A stretch of 60,371 bases of DNA, counting the filler. It is 6 parts of 6 records of this genome, joined end to end, with 100 filler letters (N's around TTAATTAATTAA, not from the genome) between each part and the next. Parts side by side here need not be neighbours in the genome. Positions count along the whole stretch, not along the records: positions 11,530 to 29,890 come from SRR31147125_4982; positions 29,991 to 47,294 come from SRR31147125_4996; 4 more parts are not named here. The stretch is one strand, 5' to 3'. The notes beneath the pieces are model-generated. The model was not told where the DNA came from and ran no database searches. It saw only the letters and a list, made by a program, of their open reading frames with translations. This document shows, piece after piece, positions 29,225 through 39,636 of this stretch; position 1 is the stretch's first letter, and each line of letters begins with the position of its first letter. The translations under genes and the position numbers were made by a program.

Positions 29225-29890
29225 TCAACTATTAATCAACGCTTTGTTCAGCAATGCATTTTGTGTCAATTTACCTGCTACAATATCTTCCCTAAAAAAT
29301 TCTCCAGTAATTTCTCCACCAGATATGACCAGAACTCTGTCACTCATTCCTAAAATTTCAGGCATCTCTGAAGATATCATAATGATTCCTATACCTGTTT
29401 CCGCAAGTTCTGACATAAGCTCATGAATCTCCGCTTTTGCACCAACATCTATCCCTCTGGTAGGTTCATCTAAGATAAGCACGCTCGGCTTAGACATCAA
29501 CCACTTTGCAATAACTACTTTTTGTTGATTTCCACCACTCAAGCTATCTACATTGTCATTAATAATTGCATACTTCACTCCTAGCTTTTCTGCCATTTTT
29601 ACGGCCTCAGATTTTTCTAGCTTTTTATTAAATCGTAGACCTCCAACAAATTCTTTTAGGTTTGGCAATGTAATGTTCTCTTTAATTGAACGACACAAAA
29701 TAAGTCCTAAATGTTTTCTATCTTCACTTACCATTGATATCCCTTTTTGAACAGCATCTCTAGGCGATTTTACATTCAATTTTTCACCATCTAAGACCAT
29801 AACCCCTGAATCTATACTATCAAGCCCAAAAATAGCCCTTGCTATTTCACTCCGACCCGCTCCCATTAATCCAGATATACCCAAAATCTC
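29225..29890 (-). CDS. Monosaccharide ABC ATPase (RbsA family), 5'-truncated
   Basis: GLMGAGRSE, EDRK, LSGGNQQK, LDEPTRGIDVGAK. Confidence 0.94.
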   Translation of the reverse strand, partial: EILGISGLMGAGRSEIARAIFGLDSIDSGVMVLDGEKLNVKSPRDAVQKGISMVSEDRKHLGLILCRSIKENITLPNLKEFVGGLRFNKKLEKSEAVKMAEKLGVKYAIINDNVDSLSGGNQQKVVIAKWLMSKPSVLILDEPTRGIDVGAKAEIHELMSELAETGIGIIMISSEMPEILGMSDRVLVISGGEITGEFFREDIVAGKLTQNALLNKALINS

Positions 29891-29990
29891 NNNNNNNNNN
29901 NNNNNNNNNNNNNNNNNNNNNNNNNNNNNNNNNNTTAATTAATTAANNNNNNNNNNNNNNNNNNNNNNNNNNNNNNNNNNNNNNNNNNNN
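29891..29990. other. Artificial contig linker
   Basis: N-TTAATTAATTAA-N. Confidence 0.99.
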
Positions 29991-31313
29991 TTTTTGGATC
30001 AACAAGTAGTTTCTTGCGTGCTCAAATTCTTCTTGCATGGAAATGACTTGTTTACCTCCAGAAATTGAAATTCTAAAGAATCTTGATAAGGCAATGACCA
30101 TTTCAATCACTTTATCATTTAATTTGTTTTCAGATAAATAGACAATTGAATCTAATGTATTATATAAAAAATGTGGGTTTATTTGATTTTGTAGTGCTTG
30201 GAGTTCTGTTTTTCTTTTTTCATTATGTTCTTCTTCAAGTTTAACAAGCAAACTTCTAATTTCTTTAATCATTTTGTTAAAACTATTGGATAAAACAACA
30301 ACTTCATTTTGTCCTTCAATCGTAATCGATTGATAAAAATCACCAGACTCAAAATATTGCATATGATCTTTTAGCTTATTAATTGGACGACTAATTCCAT
30401 TAGCAATCAGTGTCATCACAATGATTGTTACTACAATCGTTGAGATTGCAATGACTAATATAATAACAAAACTTTGTGTTGCTGCTTGTGATACTAATTC
30501 TGTATTAATAAAAGTCGCAATCACCCATCTTGTATCTTTCAGTGTATTAGCATTGACATACATATCAAGATCATTAATGGTAACTTTGCGTATTTTAAAG
30601 ACATCTTTTGCGATTTCGATACTTTCACTTAATCGATATAACGATAAATCTAAATCGGAATAAATCAGTGAATCATCATCATTTAAAATTACAATATGCC
30701 CACCTTCGCCTAGATTGGTTGTATCAGTAAGCTGTTTAATTCTTGATGTATTAATATCAACAACTAAAACACCGCTTAGTTTATTAGCTGCGATATAATA
30801 ATCAACAACTTTAGTTACAGTAATCACTTCAATTTGTGACTCAACGAATATATCTTGTTGATGCGGTGAACTAAAATGATAAATGGATGGTTCATCTAAC
30901 GCATCAATATACCAATCTTTCAAAGTTAAATTTTGTGATAAATCTCTAAAAGAACTACTGACAATCTCATGTCCAGAAAAATCTAATAAGATCATCGATT
31001 CTATATCTGTTTGTACGTTAACAGCTTGCATATAAACATTTTCAAGCAAATGATTTTGATCTTTCAAGCCATATTCAATCGTTGTTTGTTGAATATAGTC
31101 TGCAGTATCAATCACACTTTCAATATAATTTTCAAAGTTTAATATAATTTGTTTGTTTATTTCTTTTGATGATGACTCGCCGAGTTCATCTGTTGTTGTC
31201 GTAAAATTATTAAACATTAAAACTGATGATAAAGTCAGTGATACCACAACAATAATAATAATGGGAATAAGAATAGAACTTCGTATTGAATAATTTTTAA
31301 ATAGATGTTTCAT
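29991..31313 (-). CDS. YesM-like sensor histidine kinase (Cache + HAMP + His_kinase), 3'-truncated
   Basis: Two TM segments, HAMP (SFNKM), LQNQINPHFLYNTLDSI. Confidence 0.9.
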
Positions 31314-32895
31314 TATTTCTAAACTCTTTCGGACTTATGCCTTCATATTTTTTAAAACTATGACTAAAATAATATACTTCATTGTATCCCACTACTTTGG
31401 CAATATTAACAATTTTCATATCCGAGTATCTTAATAATTCTTTGGCTTTTTCCATACGATATTTAACAAGTTCTTTATTAAACGTTACGCCTCTACTTTT
31501 TTTAAGTAACATGCTTAAATATGAAACACTAATGTTTAAATAATCAGTCAGTGTTTCTAGGGATACCGTTGGATCTTGATAATTTTTCTCAATATAATGA
31601 TAAACAGACTCAACAATTTTTTCTGATTTATCGGTTTGTGATTTGACATTTCTCTTTCTCATTTTAATAATTAAATGATATATATAATCTTCTAAATCTT
31701 TAACTTGTGTATGTTTAGACATATCTTCTAACAAATCTGATTCAACCACCTCTGAAATATCAACATTAATTGATGATGCATAATTAATTAAACTATTACC
31801 CATCTTAATCATCAATAAATGATGGTCCATGATATACATCTGATGTTGATTGTTTTCAAGCAAATGAAGAATATTTGAAATCGATTGTTTAATTTCATTT
31901 TTATTACCATATTTTAATACATACTCAAATTCTGATAATATGGCATCATCAATATAGACATGTTTGTGTTCTTTTTCTTCTATATCTCCATAATAAATAA
32001 TTTGTCCCATATTAAAGTACTTAGAGTGTCTAAGTGCTTTTTCACTTTCCTTATATGCAAGAGGATATGTTTCAAATGCATGAAAAATCTTAGATACTCC
32101 AATATCTAGGTTAGTTTGTCTATATTCTTCAGCATATTTAATCATTTCATATAATTCAGTGTCGATATCTGTTTCATCTTTCATTTTTTTATCTTCTAAG
32201 ATGAATACAACACCTTCAGGAATTAAAAAATGGTGTTGATAATCTAATTGATTGAATACTTTATCAATTAGAGTACTAATAAATACTTTCATCTCTTCCG
32301 AAGAATGAATATCTGAAGAAGTATCAAAACCAATAACACCAACTAAATAGTTTCCCTTGGATAAATTGAGTCCATATTGCTGTAAATGTGATATATCTTT
32401 ATCACTTAATACACCTTTATATCGATAACTACTTAAATAAGAATTAATCAGCATAGGAATAGAATCCATATATCTTTTTTGAATAATTTCAGATTGTGAT
32501 AAAAAATCAAATTCAGCATCTAATGACACTTTTAATTTATTTAAAAAGTCATCAATTTCTTGACTAGTGACTGGTTTCATTAAATAGCTAACAACTTTTA
32601 GTTCAATCGCTTGATGTGCAAAATCAAACTCATTGTATCCGGAAATAAATGCAACTTTTGTTGTCGGATAATCTCTTCGAATAATTCTAGCAAGTTCAAT
32701 ACCATTAATAAAAGGCATTTTAATATCCGTTAGCACAACATGTGGCTTATATTTTTCTATAAGTTCTAATGCATCATAACCATTGCCTGCTTTTCCAACG
32801 ACTTCGAAATCACTGTTTGGTGTTATTTTAGAAAGAATACGACCTCTAACATCGTCTTCATCGTCAACTAATATCATTCGATAAATTTGTTTCAT
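31297..32895 (-). CDS. YesN-like response regulator (REC + AraC HTH)
   Basis: LVDDE, TDIKMP, SGYNEF, C-terminal IAKVVGY..VYYFSHSFKK..GISPKEFR. Confidence 0.92.
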   Translation of the reverse strand: MKQIYRMILVDDEDDVRGRILSKITPNSDFEVVGKAGNGYDALELIEKYKPHVVLTDIKMPFINGIELARIIRRDYPTTKVAFISGYNEFDFAHQAIELKVVSYLMKPVTSQEIDDFLNKLKVSLDAEFDFLSQSEIIQKRYMDSIPMLINSYLSSYRYKGVLSDKDISHLQQYGLNLSKGNYLVGVIGFDTSSDIHSSEEMKVFISTLIDKVFNQLDYQHHFLIPEGVVFILEDKKMKDETDIDTELYEMIKYAEEYRQTNLDIGVSKIFHAFETYPLAYKESEKALRHSKYFNMGQIIYYGDIEEKEHKHVYIDDAILSEFEYVLKYGNKNEIKQSISNILHLLENNQHQMYIMDHHLLMIKMGNSLINYASSINVDISEVVESDLLEDMSKHTQVKDLEDYIYHLIIKMRKRNVKSQTDKSEKIVESVYHYIEKNYQDPTVSLETLTDYLNISVSYLSMLLKKSRGVTFNKELVKYRMEKAKELLRYSDMKIVNIAKVVGYNEVYYFSHSFKKYEGISPKEFRNNETSI

Positions 32896-33042
32896 CTGGT
32901 ACTCCTTTTTTATGTGTTAACTATATATATATTTAATCATATCACAGATATATATAATTTGAAAACACTTACATATATCTACTTATAATATGTATATAAA
33001 TAAAAAATGGCTATAATAAGCCATTTTAATTTGATTTAACGT

Positions 33043-33546
33043 TTATTTTTTGATTAATAAATTTAAATATTCAATCACTCTTGCAAAAGCTTTTAAGATG
33101 ATGAATCCTATGATACCACTAATAATCATCACAAATAATAACCCAACATTCTCTTCAGCAAAAAGCATACCTAAAATTAATGAAATGAATAAATAAACCC
33201 AAGCGATCACACCAATTAATTTGGCATAGTTATCTTCAGCGAGTGTTAATTTTTGATAAGTAATCACTTGATCATATAGTCTATCAAGTGTTTTTTGATC
33301 TAGTGCTTTATATCGATATTGATGACATATCATGCGTCCATCTGGTGAATGTCTATATTCTTTATAAGGATAATCTCTTTGATCACCTGATTCAAAATAC
33401 TCTCTTTCTTGTCCAATTGTTTTATACTTAATTTCATTCATCTCTTCTGTTAAAGCATCTTCCAATCGTTCGTTATACGAACGATTGTCTGCAGTAGATT
33501 TAACCATTTCTATTTTTTCTTTTATTTTTTTATAGAAAAATTCCAT
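33043..33546 (-). CDS. Hypothetical membrane protein
   Basis: 167 aa with RBS GGAGGA and two C-terminal TM helices. Followed by hairpin AAAATGGCT/AGCCATTTT (~33004-33026). Confidence 0.65.
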   Translation of the reverse strand: MEFFYKKIKEKIEMVKSTADNRSYNERLEDALTEEMNEIKYKTIGQEREYFESGDQRDYPYKEYRHSPDGRMICHQYRYKALDQKTLDRLYDQVITYQKLTLAEDNYAKLIGVIAWVYLFISLILGMLFAEENVGLLFVMIISGIIGFIILKAFARVIEYLNLLIKK

Positions 33547-33586
33547 TTTGATCCTCCCCTTTTTTACTTCATTTTATCATAAGTAT

Positions 33587-34468
33587 TTATACTTGCTCAA
33601 CCTCTTTTTTCTGTTTTTGATACATATAATATGCAGCACTAAAAATAACGACATATCCAATAAGACTATAGACATCAGGAAATTGATCAAATACGATCAT
33701 ACCTAATAATGATGCGAAAATAACATTCGTATAATTAAAAATACTAATATCTTTAGCAGGCGCAAATTTATAGGCGATGGTTGTCCCAAACTGACCAACG
33801 GTTGCAAATAAACCACCTAATACTAAATAAATAATGTCATTGAAATCCATTGCTACAAAAGTAAAAAATGGTCCCTCGAAGATAAGCATCATTAAAGTAA
33901 TCGTTAAGACACTAAATGTTGAAAAATATAGAACAACTGTATAATATGCTTCTCTTTTACCAAGAGCTCTTAGTACTGTATATGCTACACCTGCCGTCAT
34001 TGCAGCAAATATAGATGTTAAATACGGTACGATTTCAACATTAAGTGTTGGTTTTATGATAAAAAGAGTTCCTATAAATGCAACACCAATAACAACAATT
34101 TGATAAGGCTTCATCTTTTCTTTTAAAAAGATAGCACTAAAGATCAATAAAAAGAAAGTACTTAACTTATTGAGCATATTGGCATCACCTAAAGGTAGAT
34201 GATCAATAGAATAGAAAAATAGTAACATTCCAACTGTACCAAATAAACTTCTCATCAACAATAATGGTTGATGTTTTAATTGACCATAATACGATGCTCT
34301 ATATTTAAAAACCATTGCTAATGATATAAAAACACTCACACCATTTCTAAATAATACTTTTTGCGTTGCAGGTATATCGCTTGATGCAAATTTAACAAAT
34401 ACGCTCATAAGTGCAAAGCCTAATGCAGCGATGATAATTGCGATAATCCCTTTTGTTTTATTGTTCAT
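33587..34468 (-). CDS. DMT/EamA family transporter
   Basis: About 10 TM segments with EamA-type motifs (VLFRNG, LPLGDA, FLKEK). Confidence 0.88.
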   Translation of the reverse strand: MNNKTKGIIAIIIAALGFALMSVFVKFASSDIPATQKVLFRNGVSVFISLAMVFKYRASYYGQLKHQPLLLMRSLFGTVGMLLFFYSIDHLPLGDANMLNKLSTFFLLIFSAIFLKEKMKPYQIVVIGVAFIGTLFIIKPTLNVEIVPYLTSIFAAMTAGVAYTVLRALGKREAYYTVVLYFSTFSVLTITLMMLIFEGPFFTFVAMDFNDIIYLVLGGLFATVGQFGTTIAYKFAPAKDISIFNYTNVIFASLLGMIVFDQFPDVYSLIGYVVIFSAAYYMYQKQKKEVEQV

Positions 34469-34533
34469 ATGTTCACCTCAGCCACGTGTGATTATAACAT
34501 ATCTATGATATAATAAACAAAGAATATGACGAG

Positions 34534-35835
34534 GTGATTTTCATGATTGGTATCTTATTATTAATAGTTGGATTAACTTTAATCAATGGTTTTTTTGCAG
34601 CAGCAGAAATGGCACTTGTATCCATTAACCCCAGTCAATTACATCAATTGGTTAAACAAGATGTCCCACATGCAAAAAAACTGGAAATGATTACTAAAGA
34701 TTCTACAAAATACTTATCAACGATACAGGTTGCAATTACATTTGCTGGGTTCTTATCAAGTGCATTTGCAGGTGCAACTCTTAGCGAACGTTTTATCAAT
34801 TGGCTTGAGACATTTAACATCTACATATCTGAACAACTCATGGTTGTTATCATTACTGTATTACTTTCTTATTTCACACTTGTTTTTGGAGAATTAGTCC
34901 CTAAGCGTATCGCATTAGCAAAATCAACTTCTTTTGCATTATTTAGTGCTCCCATCGTAAATATTGTGATGAAAATTTTTAAACCCTTTGTTGCACTGCT
35001 ATCATTATCAACTCAAGGCGTGTTAAAAATAATCGGTATAAAACATTCTAATAACGAAGATAAGATCACTGAAAAAGATGTAAAAGAAATGATTGTTTAT
35101 GGCCATATTAAAGGATTATATCCACCTGAAGAAACACAGATGTTAGAGCGAATCTTTAAGCTTGATGACTTAACAGCTGGTATGATTATGACCCCTATTC
35201 ATGAAGTTAAGCACCTCATACTCGAACACATAACTCAGCATGATTTAGATGAACTTATTGATTCAAAGTTTTCAAGATTTCCTGTTTTTCAAAACAATGA
35301 TTTAGATATTTTAGGTGTTATTTTACTTAAAGACATCCTTCTGAAAAAAGAAGACTTAGATTTATCAGTAGATAAGTTATCTACATATATCATCAAACCA
35401 CTCATATTTAATGAACATGTAAAAATAGATGTGATATTGTATCAAATGAAATCTCTATCAATTCATATGGCGTTCGTTACAGACGAACATGGTGATACAC
35501 TTGGTATCGTCACCATGGAAGATATTATCGAAGAAATTGTTGGAAATATCTATGATGAACATGATAATAAAGTCATTAAAAATACTTATAAACAATCGCT
35601 TACTTATATTATCAACGGAAAAATGACAATGAGTGATTTATCATATAAACTAAACATCATCATTGACCCTGATGCTCATGAGGATATGCTTGTTGTTGAT
35701 TATGTTAAAGACAAGTTAGGCTATTTACCCAAAAAGGGCAAAGTTGATCGTTTAGCATTCGAGTACGGCTACTTTGATGTATTAAGTGTTGATCATAAAA
35801 AAATCAAAACACTACGTTTAGTTTTAACACAATAA
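34534..35835 (+). CDS. Hemolysin-family/CNNM (DUF21 + CBS + CorC) protein
   Basis: NGFFAAAEMA, LSTIQVAIT, FGELVPKRIA, FSRFPV, DEHG...GIVTMEDIIEEIVG. Confidence 0.92.
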   Translation: MIFMIGILLLIVGLTLINGFFAAAEMALVSINPSQLHQLVKQDVPHAKKLEMITKDSTKYLSTIQVAITFAGFLSSAFAGATLSERFINWLETFNIYISEQLMVVIITVLLSYFTLVFGELVPKRIALAKSTSFALFSAPIVNIVMKIFKPFVALLSLSTQGVLKIIGIKHSNNEDKITEKDVKEMIVYGHIKGLYPPEETQMLERIFKLDDLTAGMIMTPIHEVKHLILEHITQHDLDELIDSKFSRFPVFQNNDLDILGVILLKDILLKKEDLDLSVDKLSTYIIKPLIFNEHVKIDVILYQMKSLSIHMAFVTDEHGDTLGIVTMEDIIEEIVGNIYDEHDNKVIKNTYKQSLTYIINGKMTMSDLSYKLNIIIDPDAHEDMLVVDYVKDKLGYLPKKGKVDRLAFEYGYFDVLSVDHKKIKTLRLVLTQ

Positions 35836-35877
35836 AGAAAAAGGATCTTCGTTGACATGCAACGAAAATCCTTTTTT
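35836..35877. terminator. Bidirectional terminator
   Basis: AAAAAGGATCTTCGTTG...CAACGAAAATCCTTTTT between convergent genes. Confidence 0.75.
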
Positions 35878-36332
35878 TATTCATGTCTACCTCTGGGACC
35901 TCTGTGATGACGAGGGTGTTCATCATGAAAGTTCTTTAGGAAAGCTCTCATTATTTTTTCTGCTTCTTCTAAAGTTTTCTTTTGCTCATCTGAAAATTGA
36001 TTAAAGACTTTTTCTAGATATGCCGCTTCCTTTTCTTTAATAAGCGCTGTAGTTTCTAACCCTTTAGCAGTTAGTTTTACATGTTTTCGTCTACGATCAT
36101 TTTCATCATCTAATCTTTTTAAATACCCTTTTTCTTCTAATACTTCTAGAAGGTATGTAAAAGACCCTTTTTCTAATCCAACATGTTTTGCATAGAAGTG
36201 AAGTGGTTTTTCACCTTCATGTTCAATAAGTGTGAGCACATGCATTTCTAATGGTCTAAGACCTAAATCTACTTCTCTTGGGAATCCTCTCATAATCGTA
36301 TGAGAAAATCTGTTAAATACTTTGACATCCAT
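35877..36332 (-). CDS. MarR-family regulator
   Basis: LEEKGYLKR..DENDRRRKHVKLTAKG. His/Arg-rich tail. Confidence 0.9.
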   Translation of the reverse strand: MDVKVFNRFSHTIMRGFPREVDLGLRPLEMHVLTLIEHEGEKPLHFYAKHVGLEKGSFTYLLEVLEEKGYLKRLDDENDRRRKHVKLTAKGLETTALIKEKEAAYLEKVFNQFSDEQKKTLEEAEKIMRAFLKNFHDEHPRHHRGPRGRHE

Positions 36333-36347
36333 ATGTATGCCTCCTTT

Positions 36348-36414
36348 GTTAGAATTCGAACTAATTATACACCTTAACTAAATATGTGTCAACCTATTTA
36401 GTTAGAATTCTAAC
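36348..36414 (-). promoter_or_regulatory. Consensus promoter flanked by two palindromic operators
   Basis: TTGACA(36387-36392)-N17-TATAAT(36364-36369), with GTTAGAATTCTAAC (36401-36414) and GTTAGAATTCGAAC (36348-36361). Confidence 0.75.
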
Positions 36415-36483
36415 AAATCACATTATGTTTAACAAATTCACATAAAAAAACATCTCCATGTTTTAGAGATGTTTTATACATTG

Positions 36484-37506
36484 TTATCTTTGAACCCGAC
36501 CTGATGCATCGCCACCAACTAGTGTTTCTACTTCTTCTTTAGAAACCAAGTTCGCATCACCTTTAATCGTATGTTTTAATGCGCTTGCTGCGACTGCAAA
36601 CTCTAATGCATCTTTCATATTATCTTTTGTTAATAATCCATGAATAAGACCACCAGCAAATGAATCACCTCCACCGACGCGGTCAACAATTCTAATGTCA
36701 TATTTTCTTGAACGGTAGAATTCATTACCATCATAGATTAATGCACTCCATCCATTATCACTCGCACTATAACTTTCTCGAAGTGTTGATACAACATATT
36801 TAAATCCTAAGTCTTTTTTCATTTGTGTAAAAATAGATTTATACCCATCCAATTGAAGAACACCAGATGTGACATCTGATTCACCAGGTTTATATCCTAA
36901 AACTAAATGTGCATCTTCTTCATTACCGATACATACATCAACATATTGCATAAGTTCAGTCATCGTTTTTTTAGCCACTTCAGGTGTCCATAGTTTTTTT
37001 CTATAGTTTAAATCTACAGAAACAGTGACACCATGTTTTTTAGCTGCCTTGCAGGCTGCAAGTGTTAATGCTCTAGCATCTTCACTTAATGCTGGTGTAA
37101 TACCACTCCAGTGAAACCAATCAGCACCTTCAAAAATGGCATCAAAATCAAATTCATCAGCTTTTGCTTCTGCAATTGCTGAATGCGCGCGATCATAGAT
37201 CACCTTAGATGGTCTCATTGATGCTCCAGTTTCTAAGAAATATATACCGACTCTGTCTCCACCTCTTTGAATAAAATCAGTGTTTACACCGTACTGTCTT
37301 AAATGATTTACTGCACTTTGTCCTATTTCATGTTTAGGTAACTTAGATACAAAATATGCATCGTGTCCATAATTTGCTAAACTAAGTGCAACATTTGCTT
37401 CACCACCACCATAAACAACATCAAATTGATTGCTTTGAACAAATCTTAAATTCGCATTTGGAGAAAGTCTTAACATAATTTCTCCCATTGTAATAACTTT
37501 TGCCAT
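36484..37506 (-). CDS. kdgK: 2-keto-3-deoxygluconate kinase (copy 2)
   Basis: GEIMLRLS, YGGGEANVA, DLNYRKKLW, DRVGGGDSF, ending SGRVQR. Confidence 0.9.
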   Translation of the reverse strand: MAKVITMGEIMLRLSPNANLRFVQSNQFDVVYGGGEANVALSLANYGHDAYFVSKLPKHEIGQSAVNHLRQYGVNTDFIQRGGDRVGIYFLETGASMRPSKVIYDRAHSAIAEAKADEFDFDAIFEGADWFHWSGITPALSEDARALTLAACKAAKKHGVTVSVDLNYRKKLWTPEVAKKTMTELMQYVDVCIGNEEDAHLVLGYKPGESDVTSGVLQLDGYKSIFTQMKKDLGFKYVVSTLRESYSASDNGWSALIYDGNEFYRSRKYDIRIVDRVGGGDSFAGGLIHGLLTKDNMKDALEFAVAASALKHTIKGDANLVSKEEVETLVGGDASGRVQR

Positions 37507-37589
37507 GATTGCATCCTATAAATTATGAGCTACTTCTATATATTGTTTAGCAACTTCATATCTATGATATGATCATTGCTTTTAATATG

Positions 37590-38375
37590 TTATAGTTTCA
37601 CAGGCTTAAACAAACTTGTAAATATCTCCATTAAAACTTTCTTTTGCGTCTTTTGATAATAAGACAGTTTTGATATATCTTCATCAAATACAACAACCCC
37701 TTTATGTTGCAAGGTTTGAATCATTGATTTTTCAGGAACAGGTTCAAGCATTGTTGCATGTGCTAAATGTTCTCTCATAATTGTAACCATTTCATCTAAT
37801 GCAACTTTTGGTAATGATTTTATCTTCGAGTGTCCATTTGGAATAATGTATTTAACCTTATTTAAGTCTACATCGCTATCTGTAAAGTATTGTAATGTAT
37901 TATAAAATCCATTGACACCTAATCGATTAAGTTCTACAATTAGGAAAATTTGATCGCACATATCAAATAATACCTCACTTGTTCTATTGCTTGCTGGTGG
38001 CAAGTCAATAAATACATAATCATAATCTTTTTCGAGCGTCTTAATTAATTTGATAAATTGTTTTTCAAATTGGCGTTCAAGCGTTAACTTTTTTGAAATC
38101 ATATCAATATTTAATGTTTTAACGGCATCAATATTTTTTCTAATTGGTATAAGCGCATCTTTTTTATCAATTGTTTCGGTTAACAAATGTTCGATATAAT
38201 TATCTTCACGATTAAAAACTTCACTATATCTACCAAACATATCAAAGATTGAATTTTGATCATCAATACTAATCATTAAAATCTTTTTCCCTTGATTTGC
38301 AAGAAAATCAACATGTTCACCGAGTAATGTTGTTTTACCAACCCCGCCTTTTTTACAGTAATATGTGATGATCAT
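37590..38375 (-). CDS. ParA/Soj-family ATPase (orphan)
   Basis: Deviant Walker A KKGGVGKTT, IDDQ, YDYVFIDLPP. Confidence 0.88.
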   Translation of the reverse strand: MIITYYCKKGGVGKTTLLGEHVDFLANQGKKILMISIDDQNSIFDMFGRYSEVFNREDNYIEHLLTETIDKKDALIPIRKNIDAVKTLNIDMISKKLTLERQFEKQFIKLIKTLEKDYDYVFIDLPPASNRTSEVLFDMCDQIFLIVELNRLGVNGFYNTLQYFTDSDVDLNKVKYIIPNGHSKIKSLPKVALDEMVTIMREHLAHATMLEPVPEKSMIQTLQHKGVVVFDEDISKLSYYQKTQKKVLMEIFTSLFKPVKL

Positions 38376-38698
38376 TTTTCATCACCTTCTTTTTCGAATT
38401 GAGCACAAAATGATTGATAAAATGATAAATCTTTACGATAAATCTCATTTAACATCAACTGTTCTAACACCATACTAAACTTTTGATCCGGATACATTGT
38501 TTTTAGTTTTTCTTTCAACTCTTTACTTAAAAATTGTATATTTATACCTCTTTTAAGTTTCATGCCTTGATTCAATGTCAGCACATTCTCTTTTTTGTCT
38601 AATCCACTATCCCCTTCAAGTGTTAATGGATTGACCCTTTTTTTAAATTGTTCTTGTTTTTTATCAGAAGTTGCTAATGGACTTACTCTTTTTTTCAC
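38372..38698 (-). CDS. Small basic protein, possible RHH ParA partner
   Basis: RBS AGGAG, GTG start, 4-nt overlap with parA. KKRV(S/N)PL occurs twice, followed by INIQF-helix-helix. Confidence 0.6.
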   Translation of the reverse strand: MKKRVSPLATSDKKQEQFKKRVNPLTLEGDSGLDKKENVLTLNQGMKLKRGINIQFLSKELKEKLKTMYPDQKFSMVLEQLMLNEIYRKDLSFYQSFCAQFEKEGDEK

Positions 38699-38831
38699 AA
38701 AATCACTCCTATCCCTATTTATTACTAATATATCATTTGAATAACATATTATTAAGAATTATGCTTTTACATTCATTGATTTTTACAAATAAAAAACCAA
38801 GCAATTGCTTGGTTTAATTTAACATATTGAT

Positions 38832-39602
38832 TTATCTTGCAAGCCATCCACCATCAACAGCTACTGTATAACCATTAATGTAGTTTGAATTATCCCCAGC
38901 TAAGAACACTGCTGCACCTGCAACATCTGAAGGTTCTCCCCATCTACCGGCAGGGATTCTTTCTAAGATTTGTCCAGCTCTTGCTTCGTCATCTCTTAAT
39001 TGCTGTGTGTTGTTAGTTGCCATATAACCTGGAGCTATTGCATTCGCATTAATTCCATATTTTGCCCATTCATTGGCCATAAGCATTGTGATACCTTTAA
39101 CACCTGATTTAGATGCTGTATATGAAGGCACTCTAATGCCACCTTGAAATGATAACATTGAAGCAACAGAAATAATTTTTCCACCTCTACCTTGTTTCAC
39201 AAATTGGTTTGCGACTGCTTGAGATAAGAAAAATACTGTTCTTAAATTAATATTTAATACGTCATCCCAATTTTTTTCTGAAAAATCAAGTGCATCTTCT
39301 CTTCTTATAATACCCGCATTATTAACTAAAACATCTACGTGTCCCATTGCTTTTACAGCTTCATCTACCAATGCTACTAAATCATCTTTTTTAGCACTAA
39401 TTAAATCTGCTTTAATTTCATGAAACTTACGTCCCATCGCTTCTACTTTCGCTCTTGTTTCATCGCTTCCAACATAATCAACACCTACAATATCAGCACC
39501 CGCTTCTGCTAATCCCAAAATCATGCCCTGACCTAAACCTGTTGATGATCCTGTAACAATCGCTACTTTACCTTTTAAACTAAATTTATCTAAGATTGAC
39601 AT
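38832..39602 (-). CDS. kduD: 2-dehydro-3-deoxy-D-gluconate 5-dehydrogenase
   Basis: TGSSTGLG, NNAGIIRR, SMLSFQGGIRVPSYTASK, VDGGWLAR. Confidence 0.95.
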   Translation of the reverse strand: MSILDKFSLKGKVAIVTGSSTGLGQGMILGLAEAGADIVGVDYVGSDETRAKVEAMGRKFHEIKADLISAKKDDLVALVDEAVKAMGHVDVLVNNAGIIRREDALDFSEKNWDDVLNINLRTVFFLSQAVANQFVKQGRGGKIISVASMLSFQGGIRVPSYTASKSGVKGITMLMANEWAKYGINANAIAPGYMATNNTQQLRDDEARAGQILERIPAGRWGEPSDVAGAAVFLAGDNSNYINGYTVAVDGGWLAR

Positions 39603-39636
39603 TTTATTTGCTCCTTATATATTATATTTTACAAGA

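Noticed and set aside
29225-31313. Functional link between the rare-sugar ABC operon and the YesM/YesN system
   Set aside because: They are on different contigs separated by a linker.
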